Of a stretch of DNA of 64,000 nucleotides, positions 1 to 24,846 are shown one piece after another. Positions within the stretch are counted from its first letter, which is position 1. The number at the start of each line of letters is the position of its first letter. Source of the DNA: the human T2T-CHM13v2.0 reference genome, Homo sapiens. Below the pieces are notes generated by a model, which worked only from the letters and a program-made list of their open reading frames with translations, was not told the origin of the DNA and made no database searches. A program made the position numbers and the translations under genes. Where the stretch lies: assembly GCF_009914755.1 (NCBI RefSeq), contig NC_060925.1. One strand, given 5' to 3'.

Positions 1-129
1 CTCTAACCCACACCCAGCTCTAACCCACACCCAGCTCTAACTCACACCCAGCTCTAACCCACACCCAGCTCTAACTCACACCCAGCTCTAACCCACACCC
101 AGCTCTAACTCACACCCAGCTCTAACTCA
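1..129. repeat. 17-bp minisatellite (CTCTAAC[C/T]CACACCCAG)n, ~7.6 copies visible, cut by the window edge
   Basis: Units start at 1, 18, 35, 52, 69, 86, 103 and 120. Confidence 0.97.
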
Positions 130-247
130 TGGCCAGAAAGACACAGTGGTTAGGAGCTCAGGCTCTTGAGGCAGGTTGCTTGGGTTCAAATCTCAGCTCA
201 CTAGCTGTGTGACCTTGAGCAAAACATTTAATCTCTCTCTACTTCAG

Positions 248-1255
<1,008 letters not shown>

Positions 1256-2949
1256 TCATAAGACTTCGTAATGAGTAAGTGAGAAAGTGCCTTGTGTGCA
1301 GTAAGCCCTAACAAAACCAAGACTTGAGCCAGCTCTTGTATTCAAGGTGAATGTAACACCTCGCATACACTCAGTTTGGTCATCCTCATAGCCGCCCATG
1401 GCTGGATCTGCCACAGTGACTTTGGGTTTGTCAGGACTTGAATCTCTGGACTGCCATTCCCTGACCGCTCACCCTATTTCTGGCCTAGAAGTAAAGGAAA
1501 ACCAAGCTGCAGAAAGTTGTCCAGTGACACTGAATAGTGGGCAAAGCCCAGGCTCTGGAGTCCAGCCCAACCTGGGTTGGAATCTGAGCTTTGCAGCTTC
1601 CTGGCTGAGTTCCTTTTCCTCTCCATATTCCAGTTTCCTGCTAAGAACAACAACGTCTATCTTACAGAGCTGATTTGAGAATTAGAGGAGATAACATATG
1701 CAAAGCACTCGGGATGGGGCCAGGTCCAGAGGAGATGCTTGGGGGACAGTGACTCCCTTCCTCACTCTCCTGCTGCCATTCTGCCCCCTCCCCACTCTGG
1801 CACTGCCCACCAAGTTCAAAAGCGGCTGCTGCAGCTGTCGTTTCTGAAAATACACCCCTGGTTGCTTTTGTCTTTCCATCCAAGTCTTCCCCAAACCTTT
1901 AAACATCCCCAAATCAAGGGTTTCAAAAGACAAAAAGCCCAAGCTGACTTATCCAGACCACTCTGTTGGCAAATGTCCCAGAGGATCTTGCTCTGCCAGT
2001 CACCAAGTTTGACCTTCAGCTCCCTCAGTCAAATTCACTCACATTTGACAAGATCAATGAGAAAAATAGGCAGCGATGATCAAAAGGGCCGACCAAGGCT
2101 CTTGGGGCAACTATCCCAGCGGGATTTCATGCCATACAAAAGTGCATGCAGGGGGTGTTCCATAAAAGCTCCTCCACTCGCAGGCATCCCTCATGCCTAG
2201 AGACACCAAAAAATGGTTCCCATGACAACACTGCTGCAAATGTTATATATAAATGTGTGTGTGTGCTCCTGTGTGTACATGGTCACACAGAGATGCATGG
2301 AAATAAACTCTTGGCACAATTTTTTCCTGTTCCAAACATGAAATAACCTACAAGGATTGATTGCTGGAGAAAAGACGATAAAGGCTTTGAACAAATACAC
2401 TTCCAAAGGCCTGGCTTCCGTTGATTACACCTGTTTTGATGTGGGTCGGTTTTGTTTCCTGTACCTGGACTAGTAGATACTCAGTTTATAATTGTTGAAG
2501 GAATGGGTAATTGATGGGTAAGTAGAAGACTGGGAGGGAGAAAGAGAGGAAGAGAAGCAGCCTGAATGTCAGAGCTGGAGGGGCTCCTATGAGTATCCAG
2601 TCTAATCTAACCTGTTCTTTTTCTTTTTCTTTTTCTTTTTTTAAACGGAGTCTCGGTCTGTCATCAGGCTGGAGTGCAATGGCACAATCTCGGCTCCCTG
2701 CAACCTCCGCCTCTCGGGTTGAAGTGATTCTCCTGCCTCAGCCTCCCGAGTAGCTGGGACTACAAGCGCGCGCCACCATGCCCAGCTAATTTTTGTATTT
2801 TTAGTAGAGACGGGGTTTCACCATGTTGGCCAGGATGGTCTCTATATCTTGACCTTGTGATCCACCCACCTCGGCCTCCCAAAGTGCTGGGATTACAGGT
2901 GTTAGCCACCAAGCCCAGCCCTTTTTCTTTCTTTCTTTTTTTTAGAAAT

Positions 2950-3305
2950 TTTTTATTTCCATACGTTTTTAGGAAACAGGTGGTATTTGGTTATATGAGT
3001 AAGTTCTTTAGTGGTGACTTGTGAGATTTGGGTGCACCCATCGCCCAAGAAGTATACACTGAACCCAATTTGTGGTCTTTTATCCCTCACCCCCTTCCCA
3101 TCCTTTCCCCTTGAGTCCCCAAAGTCCATTGTGTCATTCTTATGCCTTTGCATCCTCGTAGCCTAATTCCCACTTATGAGTGAGAACATACGATGTTCGG
3201 TTTTCCATTCCTGAGTTACTTCACTTAGAATAATGGTCTCCAATCCTATCCAGGTTGCTGTGAATGCCATTAATTCTTTCCTTTTTTATGGCTGAGTAGT
3301 ATTCT

Positions 3306-3350
<45 letters not shown>

Positions 3351-3380
3351 TGTATTTCTTTATCCACTCATTGATTGATG
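2950..3380 (-). mobile_element. L1 3' end (L1PB-like) with internal (TG)n at ~3308-3352; preceded by an Alu at 2615-2920
   Basis: Typical L1PB 3'UTR text (cccacttatgagtgagaacata...tttatccactcattgattgatgg). Confidence 0.85.
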
Positions 3381-3639
3381 GTAACCCCTTATTTTTCTGT
3401 TGGAGAAACTGGGGCTCAGAAAAGGGAAGGAATCTTGTTAAAAGCTACAAAAGAAATTGCCAGCAGAACTCCAGTCCCAGAAATCCATTAAGTAAGCACT
3501 TAATAAGTGAGTTAAATTTCTTAAATTTCTATGTGAATAATAAACATATATTGAACAATTATTACGTGCCAGCAACTGTGCTAAGTACTTCATAGACATT
3601 ATCTCATTTACAATTTAAAAATATGCAAAAGATGTGTTA

Positions 3640-5650
<2,011 letters not shown>

Positions 5651-5928
5651 CTAATCATGTGACTCGCTCCCTGCCTATACTCCCCAGTAGCTTCCCATTG
5701 CTCTCAGGATAAAGTCCAGTCGTCCTCTTATGACCCGTAGGATGCAGCGAATGGCCCCTGCCTCTCTCTCTCTCCATCCCCCCTCTCTCCATCATCTTCA
5801 GCTGCACTGGGCCTTCTTCCAGTTGCTTGCATATGTCCAAGCCTCTTCCTAATTCGGCGTTACAAATGCTGTTCCCTTTGCCTGGCACACCTAGAAAATT
5901 CCTACTTGTTCTTCAAGTCTCAGTTTAA

Positions 5929-7097
<1,169 letters not shown>

Positions 7098-8180
7098 CAA
7101 CCTTACTTCATAACTAACAAGAACCCTATCTCATTCCATGTTGTATTCCCAACACCTAGCACAATTCCTAGCACATGGTAGGTTCTGAATATTAGTTGAA
7201 TGAATAAGTGAGTGAAGACAGCAAGCCAAAGAACTGGAAGCCGTTTGAGAATTCAGAAGTCGCTTGGGATCCTGCAATATCTCATCCGTGTAAGTCTCAG
7301 CTGCAGTTTATCCATTGCTTAAAGTCATATGCGTGGCTAATAATCAGGAACTAGTTACTTTCCTATTATATTAGCTCAATGTATTATTCCTTAGGTAAAA
7401 ATAGATTGTGTCTCACCACAGCACCACGGGAGTTTATTCCAGAACTTACTTTCCCTCATATCTCATAATGAACTGACTGTATCATCACCCAGAACAAGCC
7501 AGCGAATGACCATGGCAACCTTATTTTATGGTCTCCCACTATCTCACAACTAACTATACAGTCTTCACCACTGAAGTTAGAGAGGTGGCCACTTTGCATC
7601 TGTATTTCTGCACCATCAGATGCAGGTCTGGCAGCAGGAAGGGGCTGCTGCTGCAGGAATGCAGGGAGGTCTCAGCCTCAACAAGGCCCTTTCCCCTTGT
7701 AGAACACAAGTGTTAGGCTGCAGGGAAATGGCAGTGAACCTTCACCCCCAGGGCACATGTGAAGACCCACTGCAGCTGGGAGAAGAGGGAGGGATGGAAA
7801 ACTATCCTCGACCCAGGATTGTATGCCAATACCATTACGAGGTTCCTACTTTTGGGAAAGGGGCAAGAAACTCTCACATAGGATCTGCCAAACGTACTAG
7901 GCAGAGTTTTGGTGCTGTGGAAAGGGGGAAGGAGCAAGATCACTGAGGAAGCCCCACTCTCAAGACCTAGGGCGACGGAGTTTGCATAAGATTGAATTTG
8001 AACCAGGACAACAGACACCCCCGCTTTCTAAGGCTAGCAAGCATCAAGTAACAAGCACTAGCAATCTAACTTAGGGGTGGAAAGCTGGCAGGTAGAGCAG
8101 TAACACGGAGTAAATCCCTCCAGCAACCCAGCCCTCATCCTCAGCTTGGGATGATGCTAAAAGACTGGAGAGCCAGTGGT

Positions 8181-8272
8181 ACAATGAAGGTAACCATAGC
8201 AACAATGAAGGTAACCATAGCAACAATGAAGGTAACCATAGCAACAATGAAGGTAACCATAGCAACAACGAA
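8181..8272. repeat. 21-bp tandem repeat (ACAATGAAGGTAACCATAGCA) x4 perfect copies plus a partial
   Basis: Copies start at 8181, 8202, 8223 and 8244, with a partial at 8265. Confidence 0.98.
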
Positions 8273-9134
8273 ATCCAAACCCTGCCCAACTCCTGACTAG
8301 ACTAACTTCAGCTCCAATACTAAGTGCTACATGCCCGTTTCCAGGAATGAATACTATTTAAGTCTCAACTGTCCTACACACAATGTCAGGCACTTATTCA
8401 AAAATTATAAAACACTAAAAATCAAGAAATAAAATAACAATCCACCATCAAGATACAAAGCAGAGCTGGGTGTGGTGATGCATGCCTGCAGTCCCAACTA
8501 CTTGGGAGGCTGAGATGAGAGGATTACCTGAGTCCAGGAGGTCGAGGCTGCCGTGAGCCAATGTCATGCCACTGCACTCCAGTCAGGATGACAGAGCAAG
8601 ACTCTGTCTCAAAACAAGCAAACAAATAAACAAACAATATAGAAAGTAATCCACTAAGCCAGCAATGCTAAAAAATGATGCAGTTGTTGAAAGCGACAGG
8701 AATTTTAGTCATGATTTATATGTTAAAGATGCTAGTAGAAAAAATGGACCACAAACATAAACAGCTGGGCAATTTCAGCAGCGACAGAAACTATTTGAGT
8801 CAAGTGGAAATTCTGGAAATAAATGCATGGTAACAGAGGATGCATGCCTTCTAAGGGTGTATCTATATCAGCAGACTCCACAAAATTGAAGAAAGAATCT
8901 AAAAAAATTGAAAAATAGGTTGATAGAAATTACCTGCACTGAAATACAAACAGAAAGATAAAGCCAGACACGGTGGCTCACGCCTGTAATCCAGCACTTT
9001 GGGAGGCTGAGGCAGGCGGATCACGAGGTCAGGAGTTTGAGACCAGCCTGACCAACATGGTGAAACCCCGTCTCTACTAAAAATACAAAAAGTAGCTGGG
9101 CATGGTGGTCCACACCTGTAATCCCAGCTACTCA

Positions 9135-9323
<189 letters not shown>

Positions 9324-9895
9324 TCAAATATACATGTAATTGGACTCACAGAAGGAAGAGAAAGAGAATAGGGAGAAGAAATGTTTGAAGAGATAATGGC
9401 TGAGAATTTTCCAAAAATAGTGAAAGGCATCAAAACATATGTCCAAAAATCACAGAGAATATTAAATAGTATAGATATCATCCCCACAAAAAACAAAAAC
9501 CATACCTAGATACATCATAGTCAAAAAGCTAAAAACCAAGGATATGCTGGGCATGGTGGTGCACGCCTGTAATCCCAGCACTTCAGAAGGCCAAGGTGGG
9601 TGGATTGCTTGAGCCCAGGAGTTCCAGAGCAGCCTGGACAACATGGCGAGACCCCTGCTTCTGCAAAACACACAAAAATAACTGGCAGTAGAGGTGTGCA
9701 CCTGTAGTCCCAGCTACTTGGGATGCTGAGATGGGAAATCCCTTGAGCCTGGGAGGCAGAGGTTTCAGTGAGCCATGATCACACCACTGCACTCCAGCCT
9801 GGGAACATAAGGAGACTCTGTCTCAAAAAATAAAAATAAAAAATTTTAAAAATTTTTAAAAAAACAAAGATAAAGAGACAATTATGAAGGCAGCC

Positions 9896-10750
<855 letters not shown>

Positions 10751-10924
10751 CAGCCAAAGGGAAAAAAACAACACATTATTACATACAGAGGAACAAAGAA
10801 TTATAGCTGACTTCTTATCAGAAACTATCCATGCAAGCATAAGACAATGAGCCGACATCTTTAGTGCTGAAGAAACCATCAACCCAGAATTCTATATGTC
10901 GCAAGAATTGATTTGAAAAATGAG

Positions 10925-11210
10925 GGTGCTGGTAACGAATTCATACATGGTGTAAATTGCACAGAACTCTACATGCACACACTGGAATGCATATAAAAAC
11001 TCACATAAGTGAAATCTGAATAAGGTCTGTATTCTGCTTAAAATCATTGTACTCATGTCAGTTTCTTGAATTGACAATATCAGGTTTTGATGTTGTACAT
11101 AGTTATGTAAAATGTTACCATTAGGAGAAGCTAGATGAAGGGTAAGCAGGACTCTTGATGCTATTTTTTGCAACTTCCTATGAATCTATAATTATTGTAT
11201 AGATTCATTT
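10925..11210 (+). mobile_element. L1MC-like 3' end fragment
   Basis: aatgttaccattaggagaagctagatgaagggta...tttttgcaacttcctatgaatctataattatt. Confidence 0.7.
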
Positions 11211-11222
11211 ATTTTAAAATAA

Positions 11223-14170
<2,948 letters not shown>

Positions 14171-14224
14171 CTATGGGTCCACTAAGCAGAGATTCTGGAA
14201 TCAGTGTTTTTGCTCAAGGGGTTA

Positions 14225-14704
<480 letters not shown>

Positions 14705-14928
14705 CTATTTACCCACTGTGGGAGGATCCAGAGGACACACCTTTCACCACTGTGGTGAATACATTTCTGAGAGGAGCTTCAGCATCCTTGAAGAGCTCTG
14801 TGGTCTTTTTCTCTTTTAGTTAGAAATTACGGTGGGGGCCGGGCGAGGTGGCTCACGCCTGTAATCCTAGCACTTTGGGAGGCCGAGGCGGGCAGATCAC
14901 CTGAGGCCAGTAGTTCGAGACCAGCCTA

Positions 14929-15248
<320 letters not shown>

Positions 15249-15501
15249 TTACTTGCCAAAACCACAGTGCACAGGTACTGTAATGAACACAGAGCCAAAG
15301 TAGTAACCAGAATGATCTGACTCACAGAGACCTATGCATGCATTGGCTAGTTGATCACGGCATCCCTTGAAAAGAAGAATATGAGTAATCTATTAAAGTC
15401 TTTTTTTTTTTTTTTTCCAGATAGGGTCTCGCTCTGTCACCCAGGCTGGAGTGCAGAATCATGGCTCACTGCTGCCTTGACCTCCTGGGGTCAAGTGATC
15501 C

Positions 15502-15936
15502 TGGTGATTCCCATCACATCCCCATTCAACTTACCTATTTGGCCTGTGCAGAAAACAGATGAATCTTGGAGATTCATCTGTGACAGTGGATTATCGTAAA
15601 CTTAATCAGACAGTAACTCAATTGCACGGCTGTTTCAGATATGGTTTAATTGCTTGAGCAAATTGGCATGTTCCCTGATACCTGGTATGCAGCTACTGAC
15701 TTGGCAAATGCCTTTTGCTCCATCCCTGTCCATAAAGACCACCAGAAGCAGTTTGCTTTCAGCAACACCTTCACTGTCCTATCTCAGGGACATATCAACT
15801 CTCCAGTTATGTTTTTTTTTTTAAGATGGAGTCTCAGCCGGGCACCATGGCTCATGCCTATAATCCCAGGACTTTGGGAGGCTGAGGCGGGTGGATCACG
15901 AGGTCAGGAGATTGAGACCATCCTGGCTAACACGGT
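15502..15936 (+). repeat. Near-identical local duplicate of 17456-17886 (ERVL RT segment + Alu junction)
   Basis: Direct alignment by eye: ~6 substitutions and one short insertion over the ~305-bp ERVL part. Confidence 0.95.
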
Positions 15937-16052
15937 ATGTATATATACATATACGTATATGTATATATACACATATATATACATACACACACACAAGCAC
16001 ACACACATATATATGTGTGTGTGTGTATATATATATGTATATATATATTTAG

Positions 16053-16208
<156 letters not shown>

Positions 16209-16355
16209 TAGTAGAGACGAGGTTTCTCCATGTTGGTCAGGCTGGTCTCGAACTCCAGGCCTCTGGTGATCTGCCCGTCTCGGCCTCCCAAAGTGCTGGG
16301 ATTACAGGTGTGAGCCACTGCGCCCAGCCACTAATTTTTTTTTTTTTTTTTTTGA

Positions 16356-16457
<102 letters not shown>

Positions 16458-17848
16458 TAGCTGGGATTACAGGTATGTGCCACTATGCCCAGCTAATTTT
16501 GTAATTTTAGTAGAGATGGAGTTTCTCCATGTTGGTCAGGTTAGTCTCGAACTCCTGACCTCAGGTGATCCACCCGCCTCGGCCTCCCAAAGTGCTGGGA
16601 TTACAGGCATGCGCCATCGCGCCTAGCCCCCGGCCACTAATTTTTATATATATTTTGTAGAGCCAGGGTCTTACTTTATTTATCAGGCTGGTCTCAAACT
16701 CCTGGCCTCAACTGATCCTCCCGCCTTGGCCTCCCAAAGTGTTGGGGGCTACAGGCAGGCATGAGCCACTGCACATGTCCTATTAAATTCTTACTTGAGC
16801 TGAATAAGCAGAAGAGTTATGGAATGAATGAAGTCTAATTTGAATCACCAAAACAGAGAAACATGGCCTCTCAACCAGTTTCTACACTTGACTTAGAGAC
16901 CAGAATCCCTTGAATGAAAGGGAGGACAGATGCTCTAAGAAAGATCTACTACATTGCCAAAAACATATACCTTTAGTCTTTCTCCCAGTCTTCCCCAAGG
17001 GACCTGTGGCTATTTACCAGGGTGACTGCATATTGGGGAAAAGGAAGTAGTAAGACTTTCCAGGGATTATTGGACACTGGCTCTGAATTGACACTTTTTT
17101 CTGGAGACCCAAAATGTCACTGTGGTCCATCATCACAGTAAAGGTTTATGGAGGTCAGGTGATTGATGGGGTTTTAGCTCAGGTCCTACTTATGGTGGGC
17201 CCAGTGGATGCTCAGATCAATTCTGTGGCTATTTCCCCAGCTCTGGAATGCATAATTGGAATAGACATACTCAGCAACTGGCAGAATCCCTGCATTGGTT
17301 CCCTGACCTGTGGTGTAAGGGATATTATGGTAGGAAAGGCTAAATGGAAGCCACTAGAACTGCCTCTACTCGCAAAATTAGTAAACCAAAACCACTCTGC
17401 ATTCGCAGAGACTTCAGAGATGAGTACTCCATCACGGACTTAAAAGATGCAGGAGTGGTGATTCCCATCACATCCCCATTCGACTTACCTATTTGGCCTG
17501 TGCAGAAAACAGATGAATCTTGGAGAATGACAGTGGATTATCGTAAACTTAATCAGACAGTAACTCAATTGCACGGCTGTTTCAGATATGGTTTAATTGC
17601 TTGAGCAAATTGGCATGTTCCCTGATACATAGTATGCAGCTACTGACTTGGCAAATGCCTTTTGCTCCATCCCTGTCCATAAAGACCACCAGAAGCAGTT
17701 TGCTTTCAGCAACACCTTCACTGTCCTATCTCAAGGATATTTCAACTCTCCAGCATTTTTTTTTTTTTTTTTATGATGGCGTCTCGGCCGGGCGCAGTGT
17801 CTCATGCCTATAATCCCAGCACTTTGGGAGGCCAAGGCGGGTGGATCA

Positions 17849-18392
<544 letters not shown>

Positions 18393-18789
18393 TAGTTCAC
18401 AGATTTTTTTTTTTCCTTCTTTTTGGCAGGGATCTATACAAAATTCTGGCTTCAGGCAGTCCTCCTGCCTCAGCCTCTCAAAGTGCTAGGATTACAGGCG
18501 TGAGCCACCACACCCAGCTGTTCACAGGGATCTTGATTGCTTTCCCTTTTACCCAAGATGCCATATCAGCCTACACATTGATGATACTGTGCTGAATGCA
18601 CCTAGTTAGCAAGAAGCAGCAACTACTCTAGCCTTATTGGTAAATTCAACACCCAGTTCATGTTGGGAGCTCAGCCTGCATGGTAACTAAAATTCAGGGG
18701 CCTTCTACTCTGGTGACATTTCTAAGGATCCAGTGGTCTCAGGCATGTTGAGTTAGTCCTTCCTTTTTTTTTTTTTTTTTTTTTTTTGA

Positions 18790-18948
<159 letters not shown>

Positions 18949-19186
18949 TGAATTTTTAGTAGATACTGGGTTTTACCATGTTGGCCAGGCTGGTCTTGAA
19001 CTGCAGACCTCAAGGAGATAACCCTTCTAAGATGAAGAATACATTGTTGCAGCTGGACCCTCCTACAACCAAGAAAGAGGCACAAGGCCTGGTAGGTCCC
19101 TTTGGATTTTGGAGACCATGTATTTCACATTTGGGTATTTTGCTCTGACCCATTTACTGAGTGATCTGAAAAGCTGCTAGTTTTAG

Positions 19187-19218
<32 letters not shown>

Positions 19219-20526
19219 TAGCTACACTCTCTGGAATGGGAAAAAACTGCTAGTTTTGAGTGGGACTCAGAACAAGAGAAGGCTCTGAAACAGGTCCAGG
19301 CTGCCGTGCAAGCTGCACTGCCACTTGGGCCATAGGATACAGCAGATCCAATGGCACTTGGAGTGTCATTAGCAGATAGAGTTGTCTTCAGTCTTCGGTA
19401 GACCCCTCTAGGTGAATCACAGTGCAGACCCTTAGGATTTTGAAGCACGGCCCCACCATCCTCTGTGGATAACTACTCTCCTTTTTTTTTTTTTTTTTGA
19501 CCAAGTCTCACTCTGTCGCCCAGGCTGGAATGCAATGGCGTGATCTTGGCTCAATGCAACCTCCACCTCCTGGTTTAAGCGATTCTCCTGCCTCAGCCTC
19601 CTGAGTAGCTGCAGTTACAGGCATGCGCCACTATGCCCAGCCAATTTGTGTATTTTTAGTAGAGATGGGGTTTTGCCATGTTGGCCAGGCTGGATTGTAG
19701 GCGTGAGCCACCACACCCAGTTAGCAGAAGAGGATTTTAATAATCAAGTGGGGCCAGGTGCAGTGGCTCACGCCTGTAATCCCAGCACTTTTGGAGGCCG
19801 AGGTGGGCGGATCACGAGGTCAGGAGATCGAGACCATCCAAGTTTCATGGGGCCAGGAGTCAAAGGGTAGAAATTAGGAGATTAGGAGTGACTCCAATCA
19901 CCTTTTTTTTTTTTTTTTAAGGCAGTCTCTCGCTCTGTCACTAGGCTGGAGTGCAGTGGAGCAATCTCAACTCACTGAAACCTCCGGCTCTTTTGTTCAA
20001 GCGATTCTCCTGCCTCAGCCTCCCGAGTAGTTGTGATTACAGGCACGTGCCACCATGCCCAGCTAATTTTTGTATTTTTAGTAGAGATGGGGTTTCACCA
20101 TGTTGGCCAGGATGGTCTTGATCTCCTGACCTCGTGATCTGCCTGCCTCAGCCTCCCAAAGTGCTGGGATTACAGGCGTGAGCCACCGCGCCTGGCCCCC
20201 AATCACTTTTATCCCTACTGATGCACTAGCAGCATTTCTGCTTCCCGTCCCCATGACCTTAGGCTCTGCTAGTTTAGAGGTTGGTTCCAAAGGGAGAAAT
20301 GCTTCCACTAGGCAACACAATGATTACACTGAACTGGAGGTTGAGGCTGCCACTCAGTCGCGTTGCGCTCCCCATACCCAAAATTAACAGGCAAAGAAGG
20401 AGGTCACTGTACTGGCTGGGATGACTGGTCTTGATTACTAAGGGAAAATTGTATTGCTGCTACACAACAGAGGTAAAGGAGAGTATATCTGGAATACATG
20501 AGCTCCCTTAGGGCATCTGTTAATAT

Positions 20527-21288
20527 AGACAGTCTTTGTCTTACGATGATTTGACTTATGATTTTTTGACTTTATGATGGGCAAAAGTGATACACATTCA
20601 GTAGAAACTATCCTTTGAATTTTCAATTTTGATCTCTTCCTGGGCTAGCAATATGGAGTACAATGCTTTCTCATGATGCTGGGCAGTGGCAGCGACCGCG
20701 GCTCCAAGTCAGCCACACGATCACGAGGGTAGACAGCTGATACTGTAATCTACAGTGTGCTGTATTTAATAAATTACGTGAGATAGTCAACATATCTAGT
20801 CAACAAAATAGGCTTCGTGTTAGATGATTTTGCCCAACCGTAGGCTAACGGAAGTGTTCTGAGCACATTTCAGGGCAAAGCTATGATGTTCAGTAGGTTA
20901 GATGCATTAAGTGCATTTTCAATTTAGGATATTTGCAACTTAAGATGGATTTATCAGGGCCAGGTGCAGTGGCTCACACCTGTAATCTCAGCACTCAGGC
21001 CAAGGCAGGCAGATCGCTTGAGCCCAGGAATTCGAGACCAGCCTGGGCCACATGGTGAAACCTTGTCTCTACTAAAAATACAAAAAAATTAGCCAGGTGT
21101 GATAGTGCGTGGAGGCTGAGGTGGGAGGATCACCGGAGCTTGGGAAGTTGAGGCTGCAGTGACCAAGATTGCACACTGCCCTCCAACCTGGGTGACAGAG
21201 TGAGACCCCATCTCAAAAAAAAAAAAAAAAAAAAAAAAGAAGATGGATTTATCAGGACATAACCTCATTGCAAGTGGAAAGCATCAGT
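20527..21288 (-). mobile_element. MER47 (TcMar-Tigger5 derivative) inserted in ERVL, with an Alu at 20958-21240
   Basis: cttacgatgatttgacttatgattttttgactttatgatgg...gatggatttatcaggacataacctcattgcaagt...gcatcag; flanked by TA. Confidence 0.8.
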
Positions 21289-21638
21289 ACCACGTCCTGT
21301 GACTAAAGTAAACAAAAGCGACAACAGCCCAGTTCAGGCAGGACTATTAACGGTCCAGGAATTTCAGGAATGAAGGTTTGGGTCACCCCACCAGGCAAAG
21401 AACCATGACCAGATGAGGTGCTTGCTAAGGGAAAAGGAATATGGAAAGGGCAGTGGAGGAAGAGGAATTATAAAGACCAGCTCTGACCACATGACCAGTT
21501 GCAGAAATGAGGACAGTAATAACTATGAGTATTTCTTCCTTATTTTGTTATGAATGTTTGTATATAGATTAGCCAAATATTTTTGTTTTCTTCCCTCTTA
21601 TTCCCTTATCATCTAACATGAGATATATTAATAATTTA

Positions 21639-21959
<321 letters not shown>

Positions 21960-22219
21960 TTATGGTATTTAGGTTACAGGATATCAAAAGAGAAGAATGA
22001 GCATTATCCAAGGATTTTGCATCTTCTCCTGGGGAAGGGTTGGTGTGTTTTTGGTTGCATCCAGGATAGCTGTATCATGTTAGGTTTAAGTATGACTTTG
22101 TTATTGTGTGTATTTGGAAATGAAGTGTGGTTTAAGGATATCAATGAGGAAAATTAAAATTCTTCCATGATTTTTAAAACTTTTTTCTTTAGCCTGAGTC
22201 TAGTTGTCTTTCCTACTAG

Positions 22220-24250
<2,031 letters not shown>

Positions 24251-24846
24251 TTTTTGTATTAGATTCTCAAAGTGTGGACTCTTCTCTGGTCCCTCCCTTC
24301 TGCAGCAACTTCACCCTTACGGATAGCCTCTGCTGCTCCCTTTTCCTTATACAATTTATTATTTTCCATTTGTTCCTAACTTGCATCCTGCACGTATTTC
24401 CATCTGCTTAGCTGCAGGGTAAATCCCTGAAGGGCCAGGCTGGGGTTTTAATTCCTGCTTGGGGAGTGGGGCAGGCACGGAGCTGGGTGGGGAGGGGGTA
24501 GGATCTATTGTTAACAAAGAAGGGAAAAGGAGGAGAGGAGGAGTGAGAGGTCCCAGGGTCTCAGAGCGGGGAAGAGGAAGGAGGTCAAGGCGGGCGGATC
24601 ACCTGAGTTTGGGAGTTCGAGACCAGCCTGACCAACATGGAGAAACCCCATCCCTACTAAAAATACAAAAAATTAGCCGGGTGTGGCATCGCGTACCTGT
24701 AATCCCAGCTACTCAGGAGGCTGAGGCAGGAGAATTGCTTGAACCTGGGAGGTGGAGGTTGCGGTGAGTCGAGATCACGCCACCCCACTCCAGCCTGGGC
24801 AATGAGAATGAAACTCCGTCTCAGAAGAAAAAAAAAAGAAAAAAAT

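Noticed and set aside
8181-8272. CRISPR-like array (also considered for 1-129)
   Set aside because: Head-to-tail repeats with no unique spacers, in primate DNA with no cas genes.
8071-8289. ORF with (LLLWLPS)n resembling a signal or repeat peptide
   Set aside because: A by-product of the 21-bp tandem repeat; non-ATG start and no gene structure.
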